A program made the translations under genes and the position numbers. Below the pieces are notes generated by a model. It saw nothing but the letters and a program-made list of their open reading frames with translations. It was not told the origin of the DNA and searched no databases. From an uncultured Planctomycetales bacterium (GTDB lineage: Bacteria; Planctomycetota; Phycisphaerae; UBA1845; PWPN01), in the NCBI GenBank assembly GCA_964384465.1, contig CAYLLT010000019.1, positions 2,826-66,825 on the forward strand: DNA of 64,000 nucleotides, written 5' to 3'. Of this stretch, positions 47,030-55,017 are shown in pieces. The number at the start of each line of letters is the position of its first letter. The stretch's first letter is position 1.

Positions 47030-48562
47030 TCAACTGCAACCGGGGGGTTGGTTGGCGCCGCTCAGGCAACGTAGAAACAGAGCGAAGTCGGCTTGATCGA
47101 CGATGCCGCTATTGTTCAGGTCGGCGTCCTCACATCCGGCGGCAACGGTTTGACCAATGGGCGTGAAACATGCCTGTACGATGCCGAAGTCACCCAGGTC
47201 CACGTCGCCATCCAGATCTATGTCAGCACTGTAGTTGGCGACACTGAACATCTCCGAGTCCGCACAGCCCTCGCTCGAACCGCCGGTTACGCTTGCCAGG
47301 GCACAGCGGAACCCGAGGTTGATGGCGCGGTAGTTCGGGCCGATGCCGTCGCTGCGGCTCGCGCAACGCGCGGCGGTGGCGCTGGCGTGCCACGAGCCGC
47401 CGCGAAGAACAATGGTCGTCCCGGTCGCCGGGCCGGTGGGGTTGTTGTACGGGCTGGTGCTGTAATAGGTGTCGCTGAAAAAGTCGTTGACCCGCTCCCA
47501 CACGTTGCCGGCCATGTCGTACAGGCCGTAGCCGTTGGGTGCGAAATACCCGACCGGATTGACATAGGGGTAATCGTCGGAGAATGCCGGGTGATAGCCC
47601 CGCGTCGGGCTGGTGTCATACGCAATATTGGCGTTGCTGCTGTAGTTGGCCCGTGCGTGCTGGATAGTGTCCGTATCCGACCACGGGAACCGATGCCCGG
47701 CCGCGCCGCCCCGGGCCGCCTTCTCCCATTCCGCTTCGCTTGGCAATCGGTAGCCGCTGACCGCGTAGTTGCAACTCCAGGTGGAAGTGTTGTAGCACAG
47801 CGGCTTGCCCTGCATGGCGCTGCGCCAGTTGGCGTAGGCTGCCGACCCGTAAAAACTCACCAGGTACATCGGGTAGTTTTCCCGGCCGAAAAGGACGGCG
47901 AACGTGCTGCCGTTCCAGGTGATTCGGCTCTGGACTCCGCCATCACCGGTCGTTGTGGCGCAATAGGCGTACGTGCCTGCGGCATTGTAGACCACGCCGT
48001 CGATCACCGTGATCTGGTTGCCCTGAGCCTTGGCCCAGTTCAGCGCGTCCACGTACTGCTGGTTGGTCACCAGTTTCTGGTCCAAAAAGAAGGCGCTGAC
48101 GTAGACCGCGTGGACGGGCAGCTCCCAAGAGCCCGCTTCGTTGAAGGTGTCGCCCATCTGGAACTCACCGGCGGGAACCAGAGCCATGCCGGGTGAAGGC
48201 CCGTCGTTGGCACAGACCCGAGCCATCAACGTGCCGGTTAGACCGGGCAGGTCCGCCAGGCAGTCCCAGACGATCAGCTTGCCCGTACCCGGTGTGATGC
48301 CGGAGCCGATCGCCCCAGTGAAGGTTTGTGCGGGTACCGTCCAGGTCTGCCCGCCGTCGTCGCTGACCAGCACAGAGATCGCGGAGGCATCGCCGTCGGC
48401 GTCGGCCAGGTCGTAGCCGATGTCCACCATCTTGGTGCCATCGGTGCGCTGGCTGGCGGTGACATTGCTGACCACCGGCGCCGAATTCGCCCAAACCGCG
48501 GGTCCGGCCACGAGCATCCAAACCATGCCCATCAGCAGGCCGCACGGCTTCCCGCAGCTCAT
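47030..48562 (-). CDS. Secreted FGE/SUMF1-family protein with an N-terminal beta-sandwich region and a C-terminal dockerin-like module
   Basis: Signal peptide. GYRLPSEAEWEKAARGG, RGGSWHA...RCASRS. C-terminal DLDGDVDLGDF...DLNNSGIVDQADFALFLRCLSG. Confidence 0.8.
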   Translation of the reverse strand: MSCGKPCGLLMGMVWMLVAGPAVWANSAPVVSNVTASQRTDGTKMVDIGYDLADADGDASAISVLVSDDGGQTWTVPAQTFTGAIGSGITPGTGKLIVWDCLADLPGLTGTLMARVCANDGPSPGMALVPAGEFQMGDTFNEAGSWELPVHAVYVSAFFLDQKLVTNQQYVDALNWAKAQGNQITVIDGVVYNAAGTYAYCATTTGDGGVQSRITWNGSTFAVLFGRENYPMYLVSFYGSAAYANWRSAMQGKPLCYNTSTWSCNYAVSGYRLPSEAEWEKAARGGAAGHRFPWSDTDTIQHARANYSSNANIAYDTSPTRGYHPAFSDDYPYVNPVGYFAPNGYGLYDMAGNVWERVNDFFSDTYYSTSPYNNPTGPATGTTIVLRGGSWHASATAARCASRSDGIGPNYRAINLGFRCALASVTGGSSEGCADSEMFSVANYSADIDLDGDVDLGDFGIVQACFTPIGQTVAAGCEDADLNNSGIVDQADFALFLRCLSGANQPPGCS

Positions 48563-48664
48563 GGCATCGATCCCTTCCCGAAATACGCGGTTCCCTCTGG
48601 AGGATCAGAAGGTCATGGAAGCATTATACCGCGCCCGGTTCACGATGAAAACGTAGACAGCGTC

Positions 48665-48685
48665 TCACGCCAGCTTCCACGGCGA
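48665..48685. repeat. Direct repeat copy 1 (non-coding duplicate of the oxidoreductase 3' end)
   Basis: Identical 21-mer; on the minus strand it would read SPWKLA*. 24/26 identity when extended to 48690. Confidence 0.95.
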
Positions 48686-48692
48686 GCGATGC

Positions 48693-51600
48693 TCAGCTCA
48701 TCGACAGATCGTCATAGACCTTGAGGACCAGGTCCCCGGCCTCGCCGGGCGTCCACGGCGATTCGCCGCTCTGGAGGTGCGGGTCGTCCATGTGTCCCGT
48801 GCCGGTGAACTGCGTCAGCATGTACTCGGCGTCGTCACGTTCGATGCCATAGAGGTGGAAGAAGGCGGCGTCGAGTTCGGCCCGGAGTCGGGCGCGCTCG
48901 GCTTCCTTCCAGATATGCACGCCGTCGCCCCGCGAGCCTTTGAATTCGCAGGCCTTGGCCAGCGGGATCATGTCCTCGGCGGTGCAGGAGAGTTTCAGCA
49001 CGCGCTCGCTGATCCAGTGTTCGAGGGTTTCACGCTTGGACCACGGGCACTTGTCGGCATAGGTATCAGGCGGGAGCGTGGGGAGCTGCTCGACGATGAA
49101 GAAGTTGAGCGTGATGCCGCCGATCTTCTGCCGCGTCACGTAGTCGAAGATGAACGAGTTGACGTTGCCGAGAAAGCAGCTCGCGCGGCGCGGCTCTACG
49201 TCGGTGAGCATGAGCACGAGCTTGTTGGTCACGGCGGATCGGGGCACGAACGACGCGATCATGGTCCGCTCGTTGGTCGGGCTGGTGATGTCCTTGAAGC
49301 CCATGAACCACAGCTTGTTGCCGGGCTGTGCTTCCATCGCCTTCTCGACCGCCGCTTCCTCGACCCACCACCGCGGCAGTACGGCGTACTCGGGGTTGGC
49401 GTGTTGCGTGTCGTAGGTCTTGGTCTTCTGTCCCTGTCGGACCCAGTTGTCATCCTCCACGATCACGCTTGCGGCCCGGTGGTCGAAGGCCTGGACCATC
49501 TTGGCCTCGTAGAGCGGTAACGCCCGCTTCTTGCCGCGGGTGTAGATGTTGCCGTTGCCGCTGAGCGTGTACTTCTTGCGTTCCCAGACCTTGGCCTCGG
49601 TGAAGTGCTCAGCGTCGTTGGTTTGGTGAAACATCGTAAAGAACTTGATCCCCCACGGGTTGCCGCCTTGCCTGCGGTGCTCGTCGATCAGGATCGGTAC
49701 GCGCTTGTAGATGGCTCGGGTCAAAGCCGCGTCGCGGCGGGTGCGGAAGATGGGGCAGGTCTTCGTGTTGGGGTTGAGCAGCTTCATGTCCGCCGCGGTG
49801 AGGGGGATGTGGCGTTTCTTGTTCGTGTCCGCTACGTCCTCGATCTCGTGGGCGAAGAACACGAAGTCCGCCTGATTGGTTTTGCGGTCTTTCCCGCCGA
49901 ACACCAGCGCTGTGAACTTGAACGAGCGGTGAACGTCCTCGAAGTAAGGCTTCTTGTTCTCGAAGTCGTAGAGCGAGACAAGAGCCTTGTCGTCCATCAA
50001 CGTATTGAAGAACTCCTTGGTCGTGTCGTCGGTGGCGATGCCTGAGGGGACCAGGAGGCCCACCAACCCGTCGGGGGCGACGATGGAGCGGGCCAGTTCG
50101 GCAAAGAGCATGTAGAGGTTCACGTCCCCCTTGCCGGTGAGCGGGTAGTCGCCGCTTTTGCGGGCGTGGGTGAGCATGCGGTCGGCGTTCGCCAAAGCCG
50201 TCTCGTACGCCGCGAAAAGTTCCGGGTTGTTCTTGGGCAATACGGCGATGCGTTTGCGGCGGTCGGCTGCGCTGACGGCCTGCGCGGTCTCGGGGGCTAG
50301 GAGAGAGAAGAACTCGCGCTCCTGGACCTTGACCCGCTCCCACGGCGGGTTGCCGATGACGCAGGTGAACCCGCCCGGCCCACCTTTGGCGAAGATGTCC
50401 GGAAAAGCCTCGGCCCAAACTAGGGCCTTGGGGTCCACGGCGGGATCGGTCACCAGGCTGTTGCCGCACACGATGTGCCTGGAAAGGTCCGCGAGCGTCT
50501 TGCCTCGACGGGCCGAGCGTATCCAGAGGGCAAGCTGCGTGATCTCCACCGCCTCCGCCGAGAGGTCCACGCCGTAGAGGTTGTGGTTCAGGATGAAATC
50601 GGGGATGGCGTCTTCGAGCTTGGCAATATCGGCGGCGGGCATCCCGGCGCCCGCCAGGCCGTGGACCACGCTCTTGTAGTGGGCGTCGAGGGCGTCGTAG
50701 GCGCGGATGAGGAACGCGCCGCTCCCGCACGCCAGATCGCAGACGGTGATAGCCTTGAGGCATTCCAGGCACGCGGACCAATAGGCCAGGAGTCGCTTGG
50801 GGTCCTGGTCCTTGCGGGCTTCGGGATCGACCTTGTGCTTCCCTTGGAGAGCCTTAAAGCGTTCGGCGACGATCACGTCAACGGTGCGTTCGACGATCAG
50901 CCCGGTGAAGGCGGGCGGGGTGTAGTAGATGCCGAAGCGCTTGCGCTGGGCGCTCTTGGGCATCTTCGACAGGGCGGCGTCCCCGTTGGCTTGCTCGCCC
51001 TTGGCGACCTTGACCTTGCCGCGCTGGGTGGTCGTCGCATCGTTGGGCACAGGGTCGCCGTTCTCCACGCCGCTTTTGAGGGCGAAGAGGCCGCCGACGC
51101 GGAGCTTTTCCAATTCGGTGATGGAGCGCTCGAACAGGTGCCCCAGGACTTCGACGTTGACTTCTTCGGAGAAGTCATACTTACCGAAGCCCATGAAGCC
51201 CGCCGTCCAGGGATCGTCCTCCAGCTCAAGGTTGTCGATCTCGTCGTCATGCTTGAAGAGGTTGCCGTTGTAGCCCACTTCGAGGCCGACGTTCTTACCG
51301 CCCCGGTCCACTTCGAAGAAGAGCGCGAGGAAATTCTGCCAGCGTGGATTGGTGGCCCTCTGGAACGGGTTGATGACGGACCCCGCGCGTTCGAGACAGT
51401 TCTCGCGGATCAGCTCGCGGTCTTCGCAGAAGGCGATGAAGATGATGCGGTCCAGGAGTCTTTGTGCGATACGGATGGCGGCGTCCAGCGACTTGCCCCG
51501 TTCTTTGTGTAAATGCTCGATGAGGCGGAGCCGCTGGAACTGGTACGACTTGTACAAGTCGTCGCCGACATCCTTCTGGCGTATCTCGGTGTTGTGCAGC

Positions 51601-52340
51601 AGTTCAAGAGCACGGGGCCTCTGCCCGAGTTTGGACGGCAGCAGCCCGCCGCGCTCGAAGAGCAGGTAGAACTCGTTGAAGCGGTCGCGGTCGCGGAGTT
51701 CCTGGAGCGTGAACTCCTCGTAGGCCAGCGAGCCCTTGTCCTTGTTGTAGAGGCGGATGGTCGAGAAGTTCGACACGATGCCCCACGGGCAGCCGGGGAG
51801 TGCGTTGAGATACTCCCAGCACTGCCGAACGGCGGTGCGGCCGTTGGAGCGGTCCCGGTCCAAATCGGTCTGGGCGTCTTTGAGCTCGACGACCACGGTC
51901 GGTACGCGCGCGGTGGGGAATTCGCCCAGCGCTGCGTCCGCCGTACCCACGCCCGAGACCGTGTACTTGTGCTCCAGTTGCCACGCCGCAGGGCTGGTCG
52001 TCTTCAGTTCGTAACCGAGTCCCTTCCCGAACAGTTGATCGAGGAACTGCGTGTCGATGGAGGTTTCTTTGTGCTTGACGAGCTCCCCGGAGGATTCAAG
52101 GTCCGCCCAGCGGACGGCGATATCGTACGCACGATCCTGGGCGGCGCCGGCAAGTTGCTGGCTTTTCGCCGCCTCTCTGAGGTACTTGGGGATGAACAGC
52201 GCTCGCTGCCGGCGAATCCGCCGTGCGAGAACTTGCTCTTGGTGCTCGTAGAGGCTGGGTCCGTCCCGTGCTCGGGCTTTGCGCTTGGCCATGCGTGCTC
52301 CGCTCGAGTCCATCCTTGCAATCTTCAGATCATAACTCAT
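48693..52340 (-). CDS. Single-polypeptide restriction-modification-type enzyme: N-terminal PD-ExK-like (HSDR_N/MmeI-like) region + gamma-class N6-adenine DNA methyltransferase + large C-terminal region
   Basis: ORF opens at TTG 52364; first ATG is 52340. ADAALGEF...VVVELKD (ELK at 51879-51887). MTase motif I DLACGSGAFL (50709-50738) and motif IV NPPW (50340-50351). C-terminal motifs LNPNTKTCPIFRTRRDA and LYEAKMVQAFDHR. Confidence 0.75.
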   Translation of the reverse strand: MSYDLKIARMDSSGARMAKRKARARDGPSLYEHQEQVLARRIRRQRALFIPKYLREAAKSQQLAGAAQDRAYDIAVRWADLESSGELVKHKETSIDTQFLDQLFGKGLGYELKTTSPAAWQLEHKYTVSGVGTADAALGEFPTARVPTVVVELKDAQTDLDRDRSNGRTAVRQCWEYLNALPGCPWGIVSNFSTIRLYNKDKGSLAYEEFTLQELRDRDRFNEFYLLFERGGLLPSKLGQRPRALELLHNTEIRQKDVGDDLYKSYQFQRLRLIEHLHKERGKSLDAAIRIAQRLLDRIIFIAFCEDRELIRENCLERAGSVINPFQRATNPRWQNFLALFFEVDRGGKNVGLEVGYNGNLFKHDDEIDNLELEDDPWTAGFMGFGKYDFSEEVNVEVLGHLFERSITELEKLRVGGLFALKSGVENGDPVPNDATTTQRGKVKVAKGEQANGDAALSKMPKSAQRKRFGIYYTPPAFTGLIVERTVDVIVAERFKALQGKHKVDPEARKDQDPKRLLAYWSACLECLKAITVCDLACGSGAFLIRAYDALDAHYKSVVHGLAGAGMPAADIAKLEDAIPDFILNHNLYGVDLSAEAVEITQLALWIRSARRGKTLADLSRHIVCGNSLVTDPAVDPKALVWAEAFPDIFAKGGPGGFTCVIGNPPWERVKVQEREFFSLLAPETAQAVSAADRRKRIAVLPKNNPELFAAYETALANADRMLTHARKSGDYPLTGKGDVNLYMLFAELARSIVAPDGLVGLLVPSGIATDDTTKEFFNTLMDDKALVSLYDFENKKPYFEDVHRSFKFTALVFGGKDRKTNQADFVFFAHEIEDVADTNKKRHIPLTAADMKLLNPNTKTCPIFRTRRDAALTRAIYKRVPILIDEHRRQGGNPWGIKFFTMFHQTNDAEHFTEAKVWERKKYTLSGNGNIYTRGKKRALPLYEAKMVQAFDHRAASVIVEDDNWVRQGQKTKTYDTQHANPEYAVLPRWWVEEAAVEKAMEAQPGNKLWFMGFKDITSPTNERTMIASFVPRSAVTNKLVLMLTDVEPRRASCFLGNVNSFIFDYVTRQKIGGITLNFFIVEQLPTLPPDTYADKCPWSKRETLEHWISERVLKLSCTAEDMIPLAKACEFKGSRGDGVHIWKEAERARLRAELDAAFFHLYGIERDDAEYMLTQFTGTGHMDDPHLQSGESPWTPGEAGDLVLKVYDDLSMS

Positions 52341-52394
52341 CGCAGCAAGAATGTCGGCAGTCAACCTACCGGGCCCATGAATTGCGCACCAGCG

Positions 52395-52415
52395 TCACGC
52401 CAGCTTCCACGGCGA
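52395..52415. repeat. Direct repeat copy 2 (last 6 codons plus stop of the oxidoreductase gene)
   Basis: Identical 21-mer; encodes ...SPWKLA* of the 52395..53759 CDS. Confidence 0.95.
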
Positions 52416-53759
52416 ACGGTACTCGTACGTGAGCAACTTGTTGGCGTCGGGGTCGTTGGTGACTTGTTCCTTTTCGGCGTCCCAGGCGAGGTAGCGTTTG
52501 CGGTCCAGGGCGAGGTTGCCGAGGAGGGTGGCGGTGGTGGAGCGGTGGCCGGTTTCGACGGGGCAGTTGCATGGTTTGCGGGTCTTCACGCAATCCAGAA
52601 AGTTGCGGGTGTGGAGGACGACATCGTCGTTCTTGCCGGTTTCGACCAGGGCTTTGCCGGCGGGGCGCGTCGCGCGGAGCTGGGCGCTGACTTCCTTCCG
52701 GCGCAGCGGGCTGAGCGCGGGCTTGACCTCGGTGCGGACATCTTGCGGCACGATCTCGATCCGGCCGCCGCGATAGTACAGCGTGCCTTCGGTGCCTCGG
52801 AATTCGACCTCGGCACCCTTGGCGTCCGCGGGGGCGTCGTTGGCGTTGAACTGTGAGAACGTCACTAAAGTGTCGCCGGGATAATCCCAGATCACTTCCA
52901 TCGTGTCCGGCACCTCGCGGTTGTCATCGACGGCATAACGACCGCCGGCCGCGAACACGCCTCGCGGCGCGTCCTGCCCCAGCGCCCAGTGGATCAGGTC
53001 CAGGTAGTGCGTGCCCATATTCGTTAACTGCCCGCCCGAGTATTCGCGGAACCAGCGGAACTTGTAGAAACAGCGGTTCTCGTTGTAGGGCACCTTCCGC
53101 GCCGGTCCGAGCCAAAGATCCCAATCGAGTTCGGCCGGCGGGGAGCTGTCGGCCGGCTTGCCGTTACCCATCGGCGATTCGTTGGAGAGATGAAAGCAGC
53201 GGCAGACGGTCACCTTGCCGATTGCACCGGACTGGATCAGCTCGACGATTCGCCGGCAGATCGGGCTCGACCGCCGCTGCACGCCCATCTGCGTCACGCG
53301 GCTGTGCTCCTTGGCCGCGTGGATCATCTTTCGCCCTTCGGCGATCATCAGCGAGAGCGGCTTCTCGACGTAGACGTCCTTGCCGGCGGCGCAGGCGTCC
53401 ACGAACTGAAGCGCGTGCCAGTGGTCGGGCGTGGCGATCACCACGGCGTCAACATCTTTGCGGTCAAGAACCTTTCGGTAGTCTTTGGTGGTGAAGGGGT
53501 CGCCGCCGACCTTCTGCTTCGCGAACTCGACGTACGGCGAATACACATCGCACACCGCGGTGAATACGACGTCTTGATGCGGTTGAAACCCATCGATCAA
53601 CTGGTCGCCGCGATTGCCCACGCCGATGATGCCGAGCTGCACGCGCTCGTTGGCCGGGAACGCAGACAATGCTGATCGTCTGCTGGCCGCTGCGGCTCCC
53701 GCTGCGAGCACGCCGGCCGAGAAGTTGCGTCGCGTGATTCGCGTGATTCTGCTGGACAT
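52395..53759 (-). CDS. Gfo/Idh/MocA-family oxidoreductase with a twin-arginine signal
   Basis: Start ATG 53759 after GGAGGGAAGTT. MSSRITRITRRNFSAGVLAAGAAAA (Tat-like). Rossmann QLGIIGVGNRG. The ORF-track N-terminal extension crosses REP units. Confidence 0.85.
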   Translation of the reverse strand: MSSRITRITRRNFSAGVLAAGAAAASRRSALSAFPANERVQLGIIGVGNRGDQLIDGFQPHQDVVFTAVCDVYSPYVEFAKQKVGGDPFTTKDYRKVLDRKDVDAVVIATPDHWHALQFVDACAAGKDVYVEKPLSLMIAEGRKMIHAAKEHSRVTQMGVQRRSSPICRRIVELIQSGAIGKVTVCRCFHLSNESPMGNGKPADSSPPAELDWDLWLGPARKVPYNENRCFYKFRWFREYSGGQLTNMGTHYLDLIHWALGQDAPRGVFAAGGRYAVDDNREVPDTMEVIWDYPGDTLVTFSQFNANDAPADAKGAEVEFRGTEGTLYYRGGRIEIVPQDVRTEVKPALSPLRRKEVSAQLRATRPAGKALVETGKNDDVVLHTRNFLDCVKTRKPCNCPVETGHRSTTATLLGNLALDRKRYLAWDAEKEQVTNDPDANKLLTYEYRSPWKLA

Positions 53760-53847
53760 AACTTCCCTCCAAGGGTCGTCGATGTGGTTTGTACGGCGCA
53801 TCAGCTTACCTGCGCGCCGATTGGCTTTCCATTTGCAGACCGACCTG

Positions 53848-53903
53848 CACGGGCGAGACGCCCTTGCCACAAAACACAACCACGGGCGAGACGCCCGTGC
53901 CAC
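53848..53903. repeat. Two tandem 23-nt palindromic units CACGGGCGAGACGCCC(T/G)TGCCAC, 33 bp apart
   Basis: 53848-53870 and 53881-53903. Each unit contains the stem CACGGGCG/CGCCCGTG. Confidence 0.9.
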
Positions 53904-54702
53904 ACGCTGTGAAATGGATGAACTTCGGCAGAGCCGACTGAGGTATCTTTCTTTTTTACATGAGGATACGGATGGCAACTTCGATCATTGCTGGAGACGG
54001 TCGGGAGGTTTTCACAAGATGATACGGTCAGTAAAAAAGGCGTGCGGCACCCTGTACAAATTTGGCGCGGTCAAGGGTGCCGCAGCGAGTGGAAGACTGG
54101 TTTTTAAAAGTTCGGCAACCACCCCGTCAAGCTAATCACTTTATCGAGGTAAGCCGCCGACACCTTTACATTATATCAATCAGATTCGGCAAGATCACGC
54201 ACGTTTTTGCTTGCCGATCAATAAATTCTAGGCACCTCTCCGTGAGAAATCGAATCCATTTCAAATGCCGAATTATTGAGGTCCGCTCCGCTTCACGTCG
54301 TCGGATTCTTGAACGCCCAAGCCACGATCCGCGCCGCGTGAACCCGCCAGATCAGCGACCCTGTGCCGGAGCAATACCACTGATCTAACGCCGAAGCCCA
54401 TGCAAAGCCTATGCCACACAGCTTCCGCAATACGATGTTCAACTTAAGTCATTTAATATCAATTGTTTACATGTATTATGCCGCTTTAGGAGATCTCCTC
54501 CACGATGTTGCAAAAAAACAACACTTGGACACATAAGGTTATACGGAGCAATAGCTTGAAAAGTTTCCGGGGGCTTGCAGACGATGCGTGCCCCTACTCG
54601 GTGAACAGTGAAAACGCCGCCGCCTACGGGGCAGTGGCACGTGGCGGCAGGGTATAGAAATAACGCAGGGCGGGCAGTAACCCACGCCCGATCGGATCGA
54701 AT

Positions 54703-54736
54703 GGGTGGAACCGGTCCCACCCTACATTTGATTTTC
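54703..54736 (+). terminator. Terminator-like hairpin GGGTGG..CCACCC followed by a T-rich tract (candidate)
   Basis: gggtggaaccggtcccaccc (54703-54722), then tacatttgattttcgg. Confidence 0.35.
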
Positions 54737-54830
54737 GGACTTCGATTCGTCAAGATAATAACCAGTGTTCCGACACACCTGAAATGACGGGTAGGTCGCG
54801 CCGATACGTTTTTATGTCGGTGCGGTACGA

Positions 54831-54864
54831 CAAAAAAGCACGCACAAAAACAGACTTGTGCGTG
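54831..54864 (-). terminator. Rho-independent terminator-like hairpin on the minus strand (candidate)
   Basis: Minus strand reads CACGCACAA-gtctgttt-TTGTGCGTG followed by CTTTTTTG. 9-bp stem, 54839-54847 / 54856-54864. Confidence 0.4.
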
Positions 54865-55017
54865 GCACCCGATATCGGTTTCACCCGTAGATTCAACCTG
54901 TGACGGACCACGAGGCCGGAGCCTAAGAAGCAGTTCATTTCCCGCCATTCATGCCCGCGGGCGCTTCCGACTCCAACCAGGACCGTCCGCACATCACTTC
55001 TCTTTGGGAGTTCAATC

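Larger units (their letters stand above)
48665..52415 (-). mobile_element. Single-gene RM cassette bounded by a perfect 21-bp direct repeat (candidate insertion with target duplication)
   Basis: TCACGCCAGCTTCCACGGCGA at 48665-48685 and 52395-52415. The 3,709 bp between them holds only the RM-type ORF. Confidence 0.6.

Noticed and set aside
54062-54388. ORFs inside the AT-rich island (54062..54388 +, 54439..54948 -, 54750..55118 -).
   Set aside because: Codon composition is unlike the host genes (no GC3 bias), the peptides are Arg/Cys/His-rich with no motifs, and the ORFs overlap hairpin elements.
54560-54736. Short resemblances to RNase P RNA (GAAAAGUUUCCGGGGGC; AACAGUGAAAACGCCGCC) on the + strand, and to the cobalamin-riboswitch GCCACUG box on the minus strand (~54628).
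   Set aside because: The other universally conserved RNase P blocks (GGUAAGGGUGAAAGGGUG, ACAGAACCCGGCUUA) and the B12 elements (GGGAAGGC, AGCCAGGAGACCUGCC-type box) are absent, and the order and spacing do not fit. Treated only as an unassigned structured region.
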